A stretch of 64,000 bases of DNA from Candidatus Omnitrophota bacterium (GCA_035292445.1 DATDQB010000013.1:7884-71883); one strand, 5' to 3'. Shown: positions 35,411 to 45,791, numbered from the stretch's first letter. Made by a program: numbers and translations. Notes: generated by a model from the sequence alone, not told the origin.

Positions 35411-36598
35411 TTATGACACTTCTTGTTCGATGCGGCTTAGCAGGCGCTCGATACCCTCTTTAAAAATTGGCGGATCGGTCAATAAGCTGACGACTAAGTA
35501 AGGCTCTTCCTCAAAATCAAAAAAATACCCCGGGTGCACAAAAAGGTGATATTTGGACAGAAGCTTTAAGACCCATTCTTCCTCATTTTTTCCGGAATTG
35601 ACAAGCTGCAGGATGGCGTACCAGCCGCCCTGCGCTTTTAATAATTGGACGCCCTTAAGTCCCGCCACTTCTTTTTTCAAAAATTCATAGTTATTGGTGA
35701 TCCTTTGCCGGATCTGACCCTGGATCGCATCTTTATGGGTGAACCAGCTACGCAGCGCGTTCTGGACGGGCGTGTTGACCGAAAGGAACGTATCCGCGAT
35801 CACCTCCAGGCGCTTTTTGGCCTCGCTCACAAGTTGATCGGGGCCGCTCACCACGATCCAGGAAAGTTTCATCTGGGGCAGGCCCAAAGCTTTCGAAAGG
35901 CCGCCTAAGGTAAAGGTCAAGGCGCCTTTGTTCGCTACCATGCTGACGGCGTCTTTATCACGTTCAAGCGGATAATCCCAGAAAACCTCATCGCTGATGA
36001 CGGCCAAACGGTAATACGAACACACCTTGTTGAGCTTTTCCTGCTCCTTTGCATGCAGGTAAGAGCCCGTCGGGTTGTTGGGATTGACCACGACAACGGC
36101 CTTTGTAAAGGCATCTATTTTCTGCGGCAGCCCTTCCCAATCCGGCGCCCAATCCTTGTCTTTGATCAAGGAATAATTATCGATGACGATGTCGCTAAGG
36201 TCGCCTAAAAATGAGAACAAAGGATAGCTCGGCTGCGGGAAAAGGATGTGTTCGCCGTAGTTGGCAAGAAGGCGGAATAAAAAGGCATAGCCTTCCGATG
36301 TGCTTGAAGTTAAAAAGATGTTCTCGGGATCGACTTTGTGATGCGCCGCATAATAATCACTGATGGCTTCGCGGGCCTCTTGAAGCCCCTGCGCCGCAGG
36401 CTGGTAAGTCAAGTTTTCTTTTGATTGCAAGGCCTCCAGAATTTCTTTTTCCGGCAATGCGATGCCGCAGGCGGCGGGGTTGGAGACGGTCAGGTCAAGA
36501 ACAGGTATATTCTGCTTCTTGAAAGAATCCAGCGTTTGCGTGATCTTATTGGCCGTCAGCGGCCACTCTGTCCGTTTGGCAAAAGGAAATTCGTTCAT
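35411..36598 (-). CDS. Class I/II PLP-dependent aminotransferase
   Basis: NPNNPTG, SDEVF, GLSK.LGLPQ.K. Confidence 0.92.
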   Translation of the reverse strand: MNEFPFAKRTEWPLTANKITQTLDSFKKQNIPVLDLTVSNPAACGIALPEKEILEALQSKENLTYQPAAQGLQEAREAISDYYAAHHKVDPENIFLTSSTSEGYAFLFRLLANYGEHILFPQPSYPLFSFLGDLSDIVIDNYSLIKDKDWAPDWEGLPQKIDAFTKAVVVVNPNNPTGSYLHAKEQEKLNKVCSYYRLAVISDEVFWDYPLERDKDAVSMVANKGALTFTLGGLSKALGLPQMKLSWIVVSGPDQLVSEAKKRLEVIADTFLSVNTPVQNALRSWFTHKDAIQGQIRQRITNNYEFLKKEVAGLKGVQLLKAQGGWYAILQLVNSGKNEEEWVLKLLSKYHLFVHPGYFFDFEEEPYLVVSLLTDPPIFKEGIERLLSRIEQEVS

Positions 36599-37263
36599 TG
36601 CTTGAGCCTGTCCCGTTCTTTTTCAACCTCTTTAAGCTTCTTCTCCAGTTCAAGGTAATCGGACTTGGCGACCCACGCGGTGTCTTCCTTTTTCTTGGCC
36701 AGATCCGCGTTTTCCCTTTTCAATTCAGCCACTTCCCTGCGCAACGCAACCCCCTCTTCGGTCAAACCCTTGACCTGCAGCTCGAGCTTGCGGCGGATCT
36801 CCTGAAGTTCATTGACCTCGGTCTTCCTCTGGTTCAATTCCCTATCGAAACGTAAATTCTCGGCGTGCTCTTTCGCATAATTTTCCTGCGCCTCAACAAG
36901 CTGACCCTTCAATCCCTGCAGCTGTTTGTTCGTTTTTTCAAGATCCTTCCCTTCCTTCTCCTGCCAGCCCCTTTCCTGGGTCAATTTTTCATGGAACTTC
37001 TTTGCTTTTTCCTGTTCGATCAGAAGGGCCTTCTGAAGGTCTTTCTCTTTCTTTTGTAAAACGATAACCTCGTCCCTCAGCTGGCTATTATGCTTTTGGA
37101 CCCTCGTAGCGATCAGTTCCCAGTTCTTTTGCTCCTGCTGCTCCTGCAGCTGCTCCTTCTTTTTCTTCTTAGCAACCGCGCCGGAACGCGTCGGCATCGC
37201 CAGGATCACGATCAATAAAAGAAGGATGAAAACGATGGCAATGATAATGCTAATCTGCACCAT
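36595..37263 (-). CDS. Membrane-anchored coiled-coil protein
   Basis: Very hydrophobic N-terminal TM then ~190 aa of E/K/Q-rich heptads. Confidence 0.75.
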   Translation of the reverse strand: MVQISIIIAIVFILLLLIVILAMPTRSGAVAKKKKKEQLQEQQEQKNWELIATRVQKHNSQLRDEVIVLQKKEKDLQKALLIEQEKAKKFHEKLTQERGWQEKEGKDLEKTNKQLQGLKGQLVEAQENYAKEHAENLRFDRELNQRKTEVNELQEIRRKLELQVKGLTEEGVALRREVAELKRENADLAKKKEDTAWVAKSDYLELEKKLKEVEKERDRLKQ

Positions 37264-37284
37264 AATGGTTAAACGCACCTTTCT

Positions 37285-39081
37285 TTAATCTTGCCCTTGT
37301 TGGGCTTTCAACTCTGACAACAGAAGCTGATAGTTGGCCCTTGTGGCGGCATCTTCGGGGTGTTGCTGCAGGATCTCCCCATAAAGCCGAAGAGCCTGCT
37401 CACGTTCGTTCAAAAATATGTAAATGGTGGCCAAATTCGTCTTGGCCATCACATTGCCGGGATCGATCGCCAGGGCCTTCTCAAAATGTTCCTTCGCCTC
37501 AAGCGGCTTTTTAAGCCGGGCAAGATCGATCCCTAAATTATTGTACAAAGTCGTATCGCCGGGATCCAACGCGATCGCCTGCTGCAGCCAATGGAGCGCC
37601 TCCTCATACTGATGGAGCGCCTCATAACTATGGGCCATGTTGAAACAAATCGTCTTTAAAAATTCCCGGTAAAATTTCGTGCTCTTTTTATCCTGGCTTT
37701 TAGGGAGATAACCGCTCATGATCGCATAGGCCTTCTTGTATTCCTGGATCGCCTGAGGGTATTGCCTCTCCCAAAAATAAGCGCCGGCCAATAACGAATG
37801 GACGCGGCCGAATTCACTCTGGTAGCGAAGGGTCCGCTGAAAAAGCGGGATCTCCCCCCGCCAGAACGTATTTTGCCTGATCGTCACGGCCAACGAAATA
37901 ACACAGACCAATAGGAAGACCCAAAGGCTGCGCTGGCTGTTCCTTTGCGTCCAACCTTCGATAGATGTGAATAGAAAAAGAAAAACACCGACCATTGGAA
38001 GATATAAGAAATGCTCTGACGTCAGGATCAGCGAATATTCATTAATTAAAGGAAGGATCGTCGACACGGGCCCCCAGCACAAAAGGACCCACCCCACGCT
38101 AAAGATCAACAGTGTTTTCTTAGGCCAAGTGGTCCTTTGAACGACTAAAAAAACCACCACCAAAAAGATGGCCAGCAGGATCGTCGGTAAAAGAAAGGGC
38201 TGCAGTATGTCGGTGCTGCGGTAATAATGCAGATCGTACGGCAAGAAAAGGACCCTCAAATACATTAACAAAACCCTGGGTGTGGCCAGAAGCCTCAGCC
38301 AAAGCTCCGAGGTATTTGTCCCGATATGCGAGAGGACAGAGCCGATATAATAATTTCGAAAGGCCAGATAAAATAGCAGGATCAGAAAATAACAATAGAT
38401 CCCGGGCTTGAACAGGGCCCGACGTTTATCAAGGAAACACAGCTCATACAGAAGTATTAAGAAAGGCAGGATGACGGCCTGTTCTTTTGTCAGTAACGCT
38501 AATATGAATAAAGCCAGCGAAGCCCAAAAGCTTCCGGGCTTTTTTTGCCCGGCCGAACGCACATAAAGAAGCAGGCTACCCAGGATCAGCAAAGTGAATA
38601 ACAAATTGGATATGCCGGAAACGCAAGCCACGGCTTCCGTCTGCACCGGATGGATGAGAAAAACGACGGCCAGCGCCAAGGCAAATGCTTTTCGTTTGTT
38701 GCTGACCAGAAACATGATTTGATAAATAAGGAAACTGTTCAGGATATGTATCAAGACATTGATGAAATGATAGCCCGCGGGATTAAGCCCAACGAGCTTG
38801 TATTCCAGCCGGTAGAACAGCTCCAAGAGCGGGCGCCAATAGGTATTGATGACCGGGGTCTTCCCGGCTGAGCTGGATGTGTAAAGGAATATATCGACAA
38901 GATTTATTTCCTTGATATGCGGGTTGTCCTCGATGAAGACGATATCGTCATGGACGAAAGGGTGATTGACGGCGTTGCCAAATGCCAGAAGGCCTAAGAC
39001 CGACAGGAGGGCAAATATGCGAAACGGCGGGCTTTCTTCAATAAAGCGGTGAATCTTCTGAGTAATGGAAGGAAGGAACAC
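37285..39081 (-). CDS. TMTC-like GT-C glycosyltransferase with C-terminal TPRs
   Basis: FVHDD, YWRPL, HPVQTEAV, LTKEQA, EHFLYLP, multiple TMs, TPR tail. Confidence 0.8.
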   Translation of the reverse strand: MFLPSITQKIHRFIEESPPFRIFALLSVLGLLAFGNAVNHPFVHDDIVFIEDNPHIKEINLVDIFLYTSSSAGKTPVINTYWRPLLELFYRLEYKLVGLNPAGYHFINVLIHILNSFLIYQIMFLVSNKRKAFALALAVVFLIHPVQTEAVACVSGISNLLFTLLILGSLLLYVRSAGQKKPGSFWASLALFILALLTKEQAVILPFLILLYELCFLDKRRALFKPGIYCYFLILLFYLAFRNYYIGSVLSHIGTNTSELWLRLLATPRVLLMYLRVLFLPYDLHYYRSTDILQPFLLPTILLAIFLVVVFLVVQRTTWPKKTLLIFSVGWVLLCWGPVSTILPLINEYSLILTSEHFLYLPMVGVFLFLFTSIEGWTQRNSQRSLWVFLLVCVISLAVTIRQNTFWRGEIPLFQRTLRYQSEFGRVHSLLAGAYFWERQYPQAIQEYKKAYAIMSGYLPKSQDKKSTKFYREFLKTICFNMAHSYEALHQYEEALHWLQQAIALDPGDTTLYNNLGIDLARLKKPLEAKEHFEKALAIDPGNVMAKTNLATIYIFLNEREQALRLYGEILQQHPEDAATRANYQLLLSELKAQQGQD

Positions 39082-39092
39082 ACCAGTCGTTG

Positions 39093-39443
39093 TTATTTAA
39101 GCTCTTGTTTGACGGTTTCGATCCGTTTTGTTAATGCCGTGTACGTCTCATCCAGCTTGGCCAACAGGTCATTGCCCGGGGACAGATCGTTCTTCTTAGC
39201 CATATCCTCCATTTGGAGGAATATTTCGCGCAAACTCTTGGCCGAGATATTTCCCGAGGCGCCCTTCAAGGAATGGGCCACGCTTTTGAGCTGGTCTATG
39301 TCCTTTTTCGAGATGGCCTCCCCCAATGCCGCCCGCTTGCCCACGTAATCGGCCATGAAGATATCCAAGAGCTCCAAAAGAAGGTCGATATCATCTTGCA
39401 CCCGTTCTTTGAACTCGTCTAGATCCAACAATTGATCGTTCAT
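39093..39443 (-). CDS. Hpt phosphotransfer protein
   Basis: AHSLKGASGNI. Confidence 0.93.
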   Translation of the reverse strand: MNDQLLDLDEFKERVQDDIDLLLELLDIFMADYVGKRAALGEAISKKDIDQLKSVAHSLKGASGNISAKSLREIFLQMEDMAKKNDLSPGNDLLAKLDETYTALTKRIETVKQELK

Positions 39444-41758
39444 GATTTTATCCTTTTTTTTAATGTGTTACTGATGGTTTCAAACAGGCTTTTGCGCTCG
39501 ATCGGCTTGATGACAAAAGCATCCATGCCGGAATTGAGGCATTTCTGCTTGTCCTCCTGCATGGCGCGCGCCGTTAAAGCGACGATGGGGATATGTTTTC
39601 CCGTCTTCATCTCGTTCTGGCGAATGATCCGTGTTGTTTCAAGGCCGTCCAGATCCGGCATGCTGGCATCCATCAGAATAAGGTCGAATTTGTCTTTCTC
39701 CAACAAATTCAACACTTGTTGGCCGGTTTCAACCGTTGCCACAACACAACCCTGGTTCTCCAGAAGCTTACGTGCGATCTTTTGATTGACGATATTATCT
39801 TCCGCCAATAGTATCTTCAAGCCTTTCAGGTCCCCTTCCTTAAAGACCTTGGTCACTTCACTCTGGTCTTGGCCGTAAACGGGACTGGTGCGCGCCTTCT
39901 CTTCCTTAACAATTTTATAATTGGCCGTAAAATAAAAAGTGCTTCCCTTAAACTCCTCGCTTTCCATCCAGATCCGCCCGCCCATCATCTCGACCAATTT
40001 CTTGGAAATGGCCAGCCCCAACCCCGTCCCGCCGAAACGCCTGGTCGTTGAATCGTCAGCCTGCGAAAACACATTAAAGATCCTGTCTTGCTTGTCTTTG
40101 GGGATCCCGATCCCCTCATCTTCAACGGAAAAAAGGAACATCATCTCCTCTTTTTTTACCGAGGCCACTTTAATGGCCGTGGTGATGGTCCCCCGGTGCG
40201 TGAACTTGATGGCGTTGTTGATCAAATTCACCAGGACTTGCCTCAAGCGCACCGGGTCCCCGCAGACCAGCTCCGGCACCTTTGGGTCTATCTTCACTTC
40301 TAATTTCAAATCCTTCTCGTTGGCCAAGACCGACATCCCCTTCAGAACGCTTCTGGCGACATTGTGCAGATGAAATTCAATGGTTTCCAGCTTAAGCTTC
40401 CCGGCCTCGACCCTGGAGAGGTCCAAGATATCATTAAGAAGGCTCAAAAGATTAACGGCCGCTTCCTTGGCCACTTTAAGGTTCTCCCGCGGTTCTTCGC
40501 CCAATTGGGTGTCCAGGGTCAGATCGATCATGCCCATGATCGTGTTCATGGGTGTTCTCACCTCATGGGACATATTGGCCAAAAAGAGCGATTTGGCGCT
40601 GTTGGCCTCCTCGGCGGCGAGTTTGGCCTGGATCAGCATCTCCTGAATGCGTTTTTGTTTGGTGATATCCTGCATGATGCCCACCGAACCGATAATGTTA
40701 TTTTGCGCGTCGCTTAAAACATTGATGGACAAGTCCACATCCATCGTTTCCCCGTTCTTGCGCCGGGCCCTGGTCTCAAAATGATGGAGAGAGCCGATCC
40801 TCCTGACATTCGCTTTTCGGATCCTGTCCCATTCACTGGGAGGATAAAGGATGCTCACATGCTTAAGGTACAGATCCTTCTTAGTTAAGCCCAGCAGATC
40901 TTCCATATACTTGTTCCATGAAACAATGCGCTCCTGCTCATCCGTCAGGGTGATCCCGGCGGCCGAGTTGTCCAGAATGATGCGGATCTTGTTCTCCGAC
41001 TCGCGGATGCGCCGCTCGGCTTCCTTTTGACTCGTGATATCCCGGATAATGCCGATAGAGCCCATGATCGCCCCTTCGGGATCGCGCAGGATCGAAATGG
41101 AAATATTCACGTCGATCAACGCGCCGTTGCCTTTATACATTTGCGTTTCGATATCGGAAAGTACCCCTTTCTGGCGGATGCGGAACGAGCGCATCCTCTC
41201 CCACTCATTGGGAGGATACAGATTCTTGATCGGCTTATTGAATAAATCTTCCTGCTTCATCTCCAGCAGCTTTTCCGTGAACGGGTTCCAGGCAACGATC
41301 TTCTCCTCTTTATCGGCCACGGTAATGGCCGCCGCCGTGTTGTTAAAAATGGTCTTAAAAAGCTCCCTTGATTCCGCTGATTCTTTTTCCAGATCCTTCC
41401 GGTTTGAAATGTTCTCGATCGTCCCGTCAATATGCTGGCTTTCTCCCTCTTTATCTTTCACGACAACGGCCGAAATGCTGGCCCAGATCGTATTGCGGCC
41501 GCGGCCTTTCAGTTGTGTTTCAAAGCCCCTCAACGACCCTTCATTCAACAACAATTGATAAAATGACTTGAAAGAATGCCCGTCGACAAAAATGCTGGGC
41601 ACGGTAAGCTTGGTGTCCTTGCTTTGGCTTAATCCCAACAGCGACTTAAGGCGGGTATTAAGGAAGATGAACTGCGGATGGCTCCCCTGCGTGCACCGGA
41701 AAACCCCCAGCGGCAAGTTCTCGATCAGGTCCTTAAACTCCAATACGCTTTTATTCAT
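39440..41758 (-). CDS. Cytoplasmic hybrid sensor histidine kinase (3 PAS, HisKA, HATPase, receiver)
   Basis: FLANMSHEVRTP, NLINNAIKFT, GGTGLGL, AEDN..LMD..KP. Confidence 0.95.
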   Translation of the reverse strand: MNKSVLEFKDLIENLPLGVFRCTQGSHPQFIFLNTRLKSLLGLSQSKDTKLTVPSIFVDGHSFKSFYQLLLNEGSLRGFETQLKGRGRNTIWASISAVVVKDKEGESQHIDGTIENISNRKDLEKESAESRELFKTIFNNTAAAITVADKEEKIVAWNPFTEKLLEMKQEDLFNKPIKNLYPPNEWERMRSFRIRQKGVLSDIETQMYKGNGALIDVNISISILRDPEGAIMGSIGIIRDITSQKEAERRIRESENKIRIILDNSAAGITLTDEQERIVSWNKYMEDLLGLTKKDLYLKHVSILYPPSEWDRIRKANVRRIGSLHHFETRARRKNGETMDVDLSINVLSDAQNNIIGSVGIMQDITKQKRIQEMLIQAKLAAEEANSAKSLFLANMSHEVRTPMNTIMGMIDLTLDTQLGEEPRENLKVAKEAAVNLLSLLNDILDLSRVEAGKLKLETIEFHLHNVARSVLKGMSVLANEKDLKLEVKIDPKVPELVCGDPVRLRQVLVNLINNAIKFTHRGTITTAIKVASVKKEEMMFLFSVEDEGIGIPKDKQDRIFNVFSQADDSTTRRFGGTGLGLAISKKLVEMMGGRIWMESEEFKGSTFYFTANYKIVKEEKARTSPVYGQDQSEVTKVFKEGDLKGLKILLAEDNIVNQKIARKLLENQGCVVATVETGQQVLNLLEKDKFDLILMDASMPDLDGLETTRIIRQNEMKTGKHIPIVALTARAMQEDKQKCLNSGMDAFVIKPIERKSLFETISNTLKKRIKS

Positions 41759-42059
41759 GGGGCATGCCTTTCCCCGGCAATTTCAAATTAATGATGATGG
41801 CCATCAGGTTGAACACCGATATGACCATCGCCAAAGAAACAATGCAGATCACGCGGATCTGCTCCCAATTCCTGGGATGCTCCGCCGGCATGATCTCGTT
41901 ACTGACATATGAGATGACCGCCAGCGCAAAGATGACGGTCGAGCCGATCACCACAAACATAAAAAAAGAAAAAAGACAAGCGATCAAAACAACAAGGGCG
42001 TTGTAAACAGCACTGTTCCCTTTGGAAATCTTGCTGGCCGCTACCCCGATACGTTTCAT
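41751..42059 (-). CDS. Small two-TM membrane protein
   Basis: Two hydrophobic segments; overlaps the kinase start. Confidence 0.7.
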   Translation of the reverse strand: MKRIGVAASKISKGNSAVYNALVVLIACLFSFFMFVVIGSTVIFALAVISYVSNEIMPAEHPRNWEQIRVICIVSLAMVISVFNLMAIIINLKLPGKGMPHE

Positions 42060-42127
42060 GATCGTTTAAAGTCCATTAGAATTATAAAGGAAAAGTTGCC
42101 ATTTGGCACGCAAAGAAAGCACAAATT

Positions 42128-42907
42128 TTATCTTGCCGCCGTAACGCCGCCATAATTATCTTTAACCGTTAGGATGCCCTCTTTGACCGCTTCGATACGG
42201 TCATCCAAATAAGGATGGCTGCGTAAGATCTGGGGCATCCGCACGCCTTCCTTCTCCTCTTCTTTCAATATCTCGAAAGTCTCGATAATGGCCTGAGGGT
42301 CATACCCGGCCAGATACATGTATTTAATGGCCAACCGGTCCGCTTCGTGTTCGTCTTTCCGGCTATAAGAAGAAAAGACGATGCTCATAACGGCGTTGGA
42401 ACTTAAATTAGCCATGCGCTGGGCCGAGACGCTGTCGATCTGGCTAAGGACGAGCTGGCCGATCAGATCGTACGTCAACGCGGCCTGGAATTTCTTGACC
42501 GAATGGCGGGCGGCGCAATGGCCGATCTCATGCGCCAAGACGGCGGCCAGCTGGTCATCCGTTCTCAATTTGTTCAACAGCCCGCTGTGCACATAGATAT
42601 TCCCGCCCGGTGCGGTAAAGGCATTCATCTCGTCTTCTTCAATCACATAAAAATGGTAAGCATAATCCTGCCGGTCCGACACGTGGACCAAATCCTGGCC
42701 GATGCGCTCCACCCTTTGCAAAGCTGCTTCATCCGTCGAAAGCCTGTAACGGCCGGTGATATTACGGTGAATATCTTCGCCCATTTCCACTTCGGCAGGG
42801 GTGGAGATATAAATGAATTCGTTGCGGCCGGTGGCCGGGTTATAGGTGGAGCTGCAGCCTGCCGCAAATATACACAAAACAAGGATAAGATCTCTTGCCG
42901 TCTTCAT
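42128..42907 (-). CDS. M48 family metallopeptidase lipoprotein (BepA/LoiP-like)
   Basis: Lipobox AAGC, NPATGR, NAF..PGG, HEIGH, YSR..E.EAD, SHP..RI. Confidence 0.92.
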   Translation of the reverse strand: MKTARDLILVLCIFAAGCSSTYNPATGRNEFIYISTPAEVEMGEDIHRNITGRYRLSTDEAALQRVERIGQDLVHVSDRQDYAYHFYVIEEDEMNAFTAPGGNIYVHSGLLNKLRTDDQLAAVLAHEIGHCAARHSVKKFQAALTYDLIGQLVLSQIDSVSAQRMANLSSNAVMSIVFSSYSRKDEHEADRLAIKYMYLAGYDPQAIIETFEILKEEEKEGVRMPQILRSHPYLDDRIEAVKEGILTVKDNYGGVTAAR

Positions 42908-43521
42908 CGCTCGAACTTAACGACCTTTTCCCACCATTGGCTGGTATCGTATTTTTTCATGCTCTGCCACAGCCCCTTGGCGGAAGCCGTCTTTAAATGG
43001 TCCGGGGCCTGTTGAAAGAACTTCTTCGTCTTGAAATGGCCGCTGTCAAAATATTCCTTAGCCTGCAATAAACACTCCAGGATATCGGCATCCCGGGCGA
43101 TGAGGCTTTCCAAAGTTTGTTGCCTTTCGTATTCTTTTCTTAAACCATTCAGCTCGCTTTTGATCGACGGATCCAGCTCCCCGATCTGATCGCTGAAGAC
43201 CTTGCGCTCCGCCTCTTTGAAATTGATGTAATAATGGCCCATTTTATGCAGATCATTGATCCTGGCCTCATGAATGTCGTTAAAAAGGGCCATCACGATG
43301 GATTTATAAGGGTCCGCCTTTTCCAGATGCGCCAGGTAATACGCCATGATCGCGCAGCGGAACGAATGGTCCGCAACGCTCTCCGGGTCCTTAATGCCGG
43401 CGACCCACCAGCCGCTGCGCTTGATGAACTTCAAAAGCCCCGCTTCGGCGAAAAGGTTCAGCGCCGACGTATCATTGTACTTGGCTTTACGTTTTCTTGA
43501 ATTTTTGTTTGATGGTTTCAT
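42904..43521 (-). CDS. HD-domain phosphohydrolase (HDDC2/YfbR-like)
   Basis: LK...RSGW, ESVADHSFR, ND in place of HD, DADILE. Confidence 0.82.
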   Translation of the reverse strand: MKPSNKNSRKRKAKYNDTSALNLFAEAGLLKFIKRSGWWVAGIKDPESVADHSFRCAIMAYYLAHLEKADPYKSIVMALFNDIHEARINDLHKMGHYYINFKEAERKVFSDQIGELDPSIKSELNGLRKEYERQQTLESLIARDADILECLLQAKEYFDSGHFKTKKFFQQAPDHLKTASAKGLWQSMKKYDTSQWWEKVVKFER

Positions 43522-44212
43522 AGCACAAAAGAGTCGTGGCAGCCGCCACATTCAACGACATGGTATCGACCAGCATGGGAATGGTGATTTTTATATCAAG
43601 GTTCTTCATGACGCCCTCGCGGATCCCCTTTTGCTCGCCGCCTATCACCAGGCCTATATGCGCCGGCAGCTCGACCTCGTAGATGTTCTCGCCGTTTCTG
43701 GTCACGGCCCCGATAATGGTAAAACCGCTTTCCTTGGCCTCTTCGATGGCGTGATTGAGATTGGAGACCTGGGCGACGGGGACGTAATTTTCCCCTCCGG
43801 AGGCGATGCGCAGCACGGTTTCCGTGATGCCGACGCTGTGGCGTTGGGGAAGGACCAAAGAGAACCGCCCCAGACTTCCCAGGCTGCGGATAATGGCCCC
43901 CAAATTCTGCGGATCGGTCAGCTCATCCAGAAAGATGAGCGTTCTTTTTTTACTGACGGCGTGCTCCAACAATTCATCGAAATCCACATATTCGGCGTCA
44001 TCGACATCGGCCAAGATCCCCTGCGTATTTTTATCCCGGCCGATCTTGTGCATTTGGGCGGCATGGATCGTTAAAACAGGTATGCCGAACTTTTTGGCTT
44101 TACCGCGGACAAACCCACTCTCCGAGAAACCCTCCTCAAGATATATCCTTCTGATACTCCGGGGGTTGGCCCGCAGCCTCTCAAAAACTGGATTTTTTCC
44201 TGCCAATTTCAT
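43487..44212 (-). CDS. rlmB: 23S rRNA Gm2251 methyltransferase RlmB-like (TrmH family)
   Basis: G.NPV.E.L, QGI, DPQNLGAIIRS, GGE.KG, IPM..SLNV. Confidence 0.8.
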   Translation of the reverse strand: MKLAGKNPVFERLRANPRSIRRIYLEEGFSESGFVRGKAKKFGIPVLTIHAAQMHKIGRDKNTQGILADVDDAEYVDFDELLEHAVSKKRTLIFLDELTDPQNLGAIIRSLGSLGRFSLVLPQRHSVGITETVLRIASGGENYVPVAQVSNLNHAIEEAKESGFTIIGAVTRNGENIYEVELPAHIGLVIGGEQKGIREGVMKNLDIKITIPMLVDTMSLNVAAATTLLCYETIKQKFKKT

Positions 44213-44475
44213 TATTGGGAAAGGATCGCGTCGCGCTCCTGAACTTCTTTGGTATAGTCGTTGTCCAATTCATCCATGCGTTCAACATATTCCGCGTAGG
44301 TGATCTCCTTGCGTAAATACTGGCCCTCCAGATCATCCCGCTGTTGTTTATAATCTGTAAAATGAGGGTCTTGGATGATCGCCCGCGGGTCTTCCAGATA
44401 ATCTTTGAGCGTCTGCCCCTCATAGGCGCAACCGGCTAACAGGAGCGTTAAAGAAACAAAAAGCGCTTTTTTCAT
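44212..44475 (-). CDS. Small hypothetical lipoprotein
   Basis: MKKALFVSLTLLLAGC lipobox. Confidence 0.75.
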   Translation of the reverse strand: MKKALFVSLTLLLAGCAYEGQTLKDYLEDPRAIIQDPHFTDYKQQRDDLEGQYLRKEITYAEYVERMDELDNDYTKEVQERDAILSQ

Positions 44476-44494
44476 AGGATCTTCCCCTCTTTCG

Positions 44495-45226
44495 TTATTT
44501 TTTTAGACCGAATCCCAGATAAAAGACCGGCTTTAAAATACTCCACCAGCCGACAATGGGCTTCATTTTCGTATAACCCAATTTCCTCGGTGGATAGATC
44601 TTGGTAACGGGTGCTTCTTTGAATTTATATCCCAACTTAATGGCCTTGAAAAGAATATACGGCTCAAGTTCATAATGGTCCAGCCAGCTCTGGCCGACAT
44701 TGATATTTTTATCGTCAAAAAGCGATAAGCGGAAAGCGCGAAAACCGTTCGTCGTGTCCGTCAGCTTTTTTCCCGTAAAGCATGACATCAAAAAGGGGTG
44801 AAGTTTCGTCGCCCATTTTCGGTAGGCCGGCATGTCCCCGCCGACACCGCCTTGCGCCAGATACCGTGAGCCTTGGACAAAATCATAACCGTCATTAAGG
44901 ATCGGGTCGATCAGCCGCGGGATCTCATCCGGATTGTCCTTATCATTGCCCGCCATGATGACCAACGCCTCATAATGGTGCTCGCGCGCGTAGTTGATGG
45001 CGCTGCGGATGGCCGCGCCAACGCCCTGGCGGGCCTCGTGGCGGATCGTGGCGACACCTTGAGCGGCGAAGCTGCGGATCACGTCCGTTGTCCCATCGGT
45101 AGAAGCGTCATCGACGATCAAATAATCGGCTTTCGCTCGAACGGGAGTTTTCAAAAAACGCTGGATGGCACTCTTTAATTTGACGTTTTCATTGAAGGCC
45201 ACCGGAGACACCAAAACTTTATTCAT
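44495..45226 (-). CDS. GT2 (DPM1-like) polyprenol-phosphate glycosyltransferase
   Basis: FNE, VDDASTDGT, QGVG.A, V.GSRY, TD..NGFR. Confidence 0.88.
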   Translation of the reverse strand: MNKVLVSPVAFNENVKLKSAIQRFLKTPVRAKADYLIVDDASTDGTTDVIRSFAAQGVATIRHEARQGVGAAIRSAINYAREHHYEALVIMAGNDKDNPDEIPRLIDPILNDGYDFVQGSRYLAQGGVGGDMPAYRKWATKLHPFLMSCFTGKKLTDTTNGFRAFRLSLFDDKNINVGQSWLDHYELEPYILFKAIKLGYKFKEAPVTKIYPPRKLGYTKMKPIVGWWSILKPVFYLGFGLKK

Positions 45227-45779
45227 CAAAGACTAAACCCTTATTGGTCTTTTTAAATCTCTTGCCGCAGCGGCATTTGTACTGGCTGTCCAAGGAAAAG
45301 CCGCAGAAACACACATAGCCGATCTGCCTGGCCGGAGAGCCCACCACCAGCGCGTGATCCGCCACGTCCTTGGTCACCACACTGCCGGCCCCCACCATCG
45401 CGTAGCTGCCGACCGTCAATCCGCATAAAATGACCGCATTTGTCCCCAGCGTGGCCCCCTTCTTGACCAATGTCTTTTCGAATTCACAGCCGTCTTTGCG
45501 GTTCGCCCTAGGCAAACGGTCGTTGATAAAGGCGATGTTGGAGGCGATGAAACATTCGTCCTCGATCGTCACGCCGTCAAAAATAGCCACATTGTGCTTA
45601 ATGGTCACGTTGTTGCCGACCTTGGCCCCCTTTTCGATGAAGCAGCCGTCACAGATGTTGCACCCTAGGCCCACGACGGCCCCTTCCTGGATATTGGAGA
45701 ACGCCCACACGCGCGTTCCTTTGCCGATGGAGGCCCCTTCTTCCACGATCGCTTTTTCATGCTTAAAATAGTCTGCCAT
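45219..45779 (-). CDS. Hexapeptide-repeat sugar N-acetyltransferase (WbpD/WlbB-like)
   Basis: IG.GT.VW.F, F.ND..PR, GA.LG.NA.I.CG, C-terminal C.CG..C..CG. Confidence 0.85.
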   Translation of the reverse strand: MADYFKHEKAIVEEGASIGKGTRVWAFSNIQEGAVVGLGCNICDGCFIEKGAKVGNNVTIKHNVAIFDGVTIEDECFIASNIAFINDRLPRANRKDGCEFEKTLVKKGATLGTNAVILCGLTVGSYAMVGAGSVVTKDVADHALVVGSPARQIGYVCFCGFSLDSQYKCRCGKRFKKTNKGLVFDE

Positions 45780-45791
45780 GGCCGATCCCTT

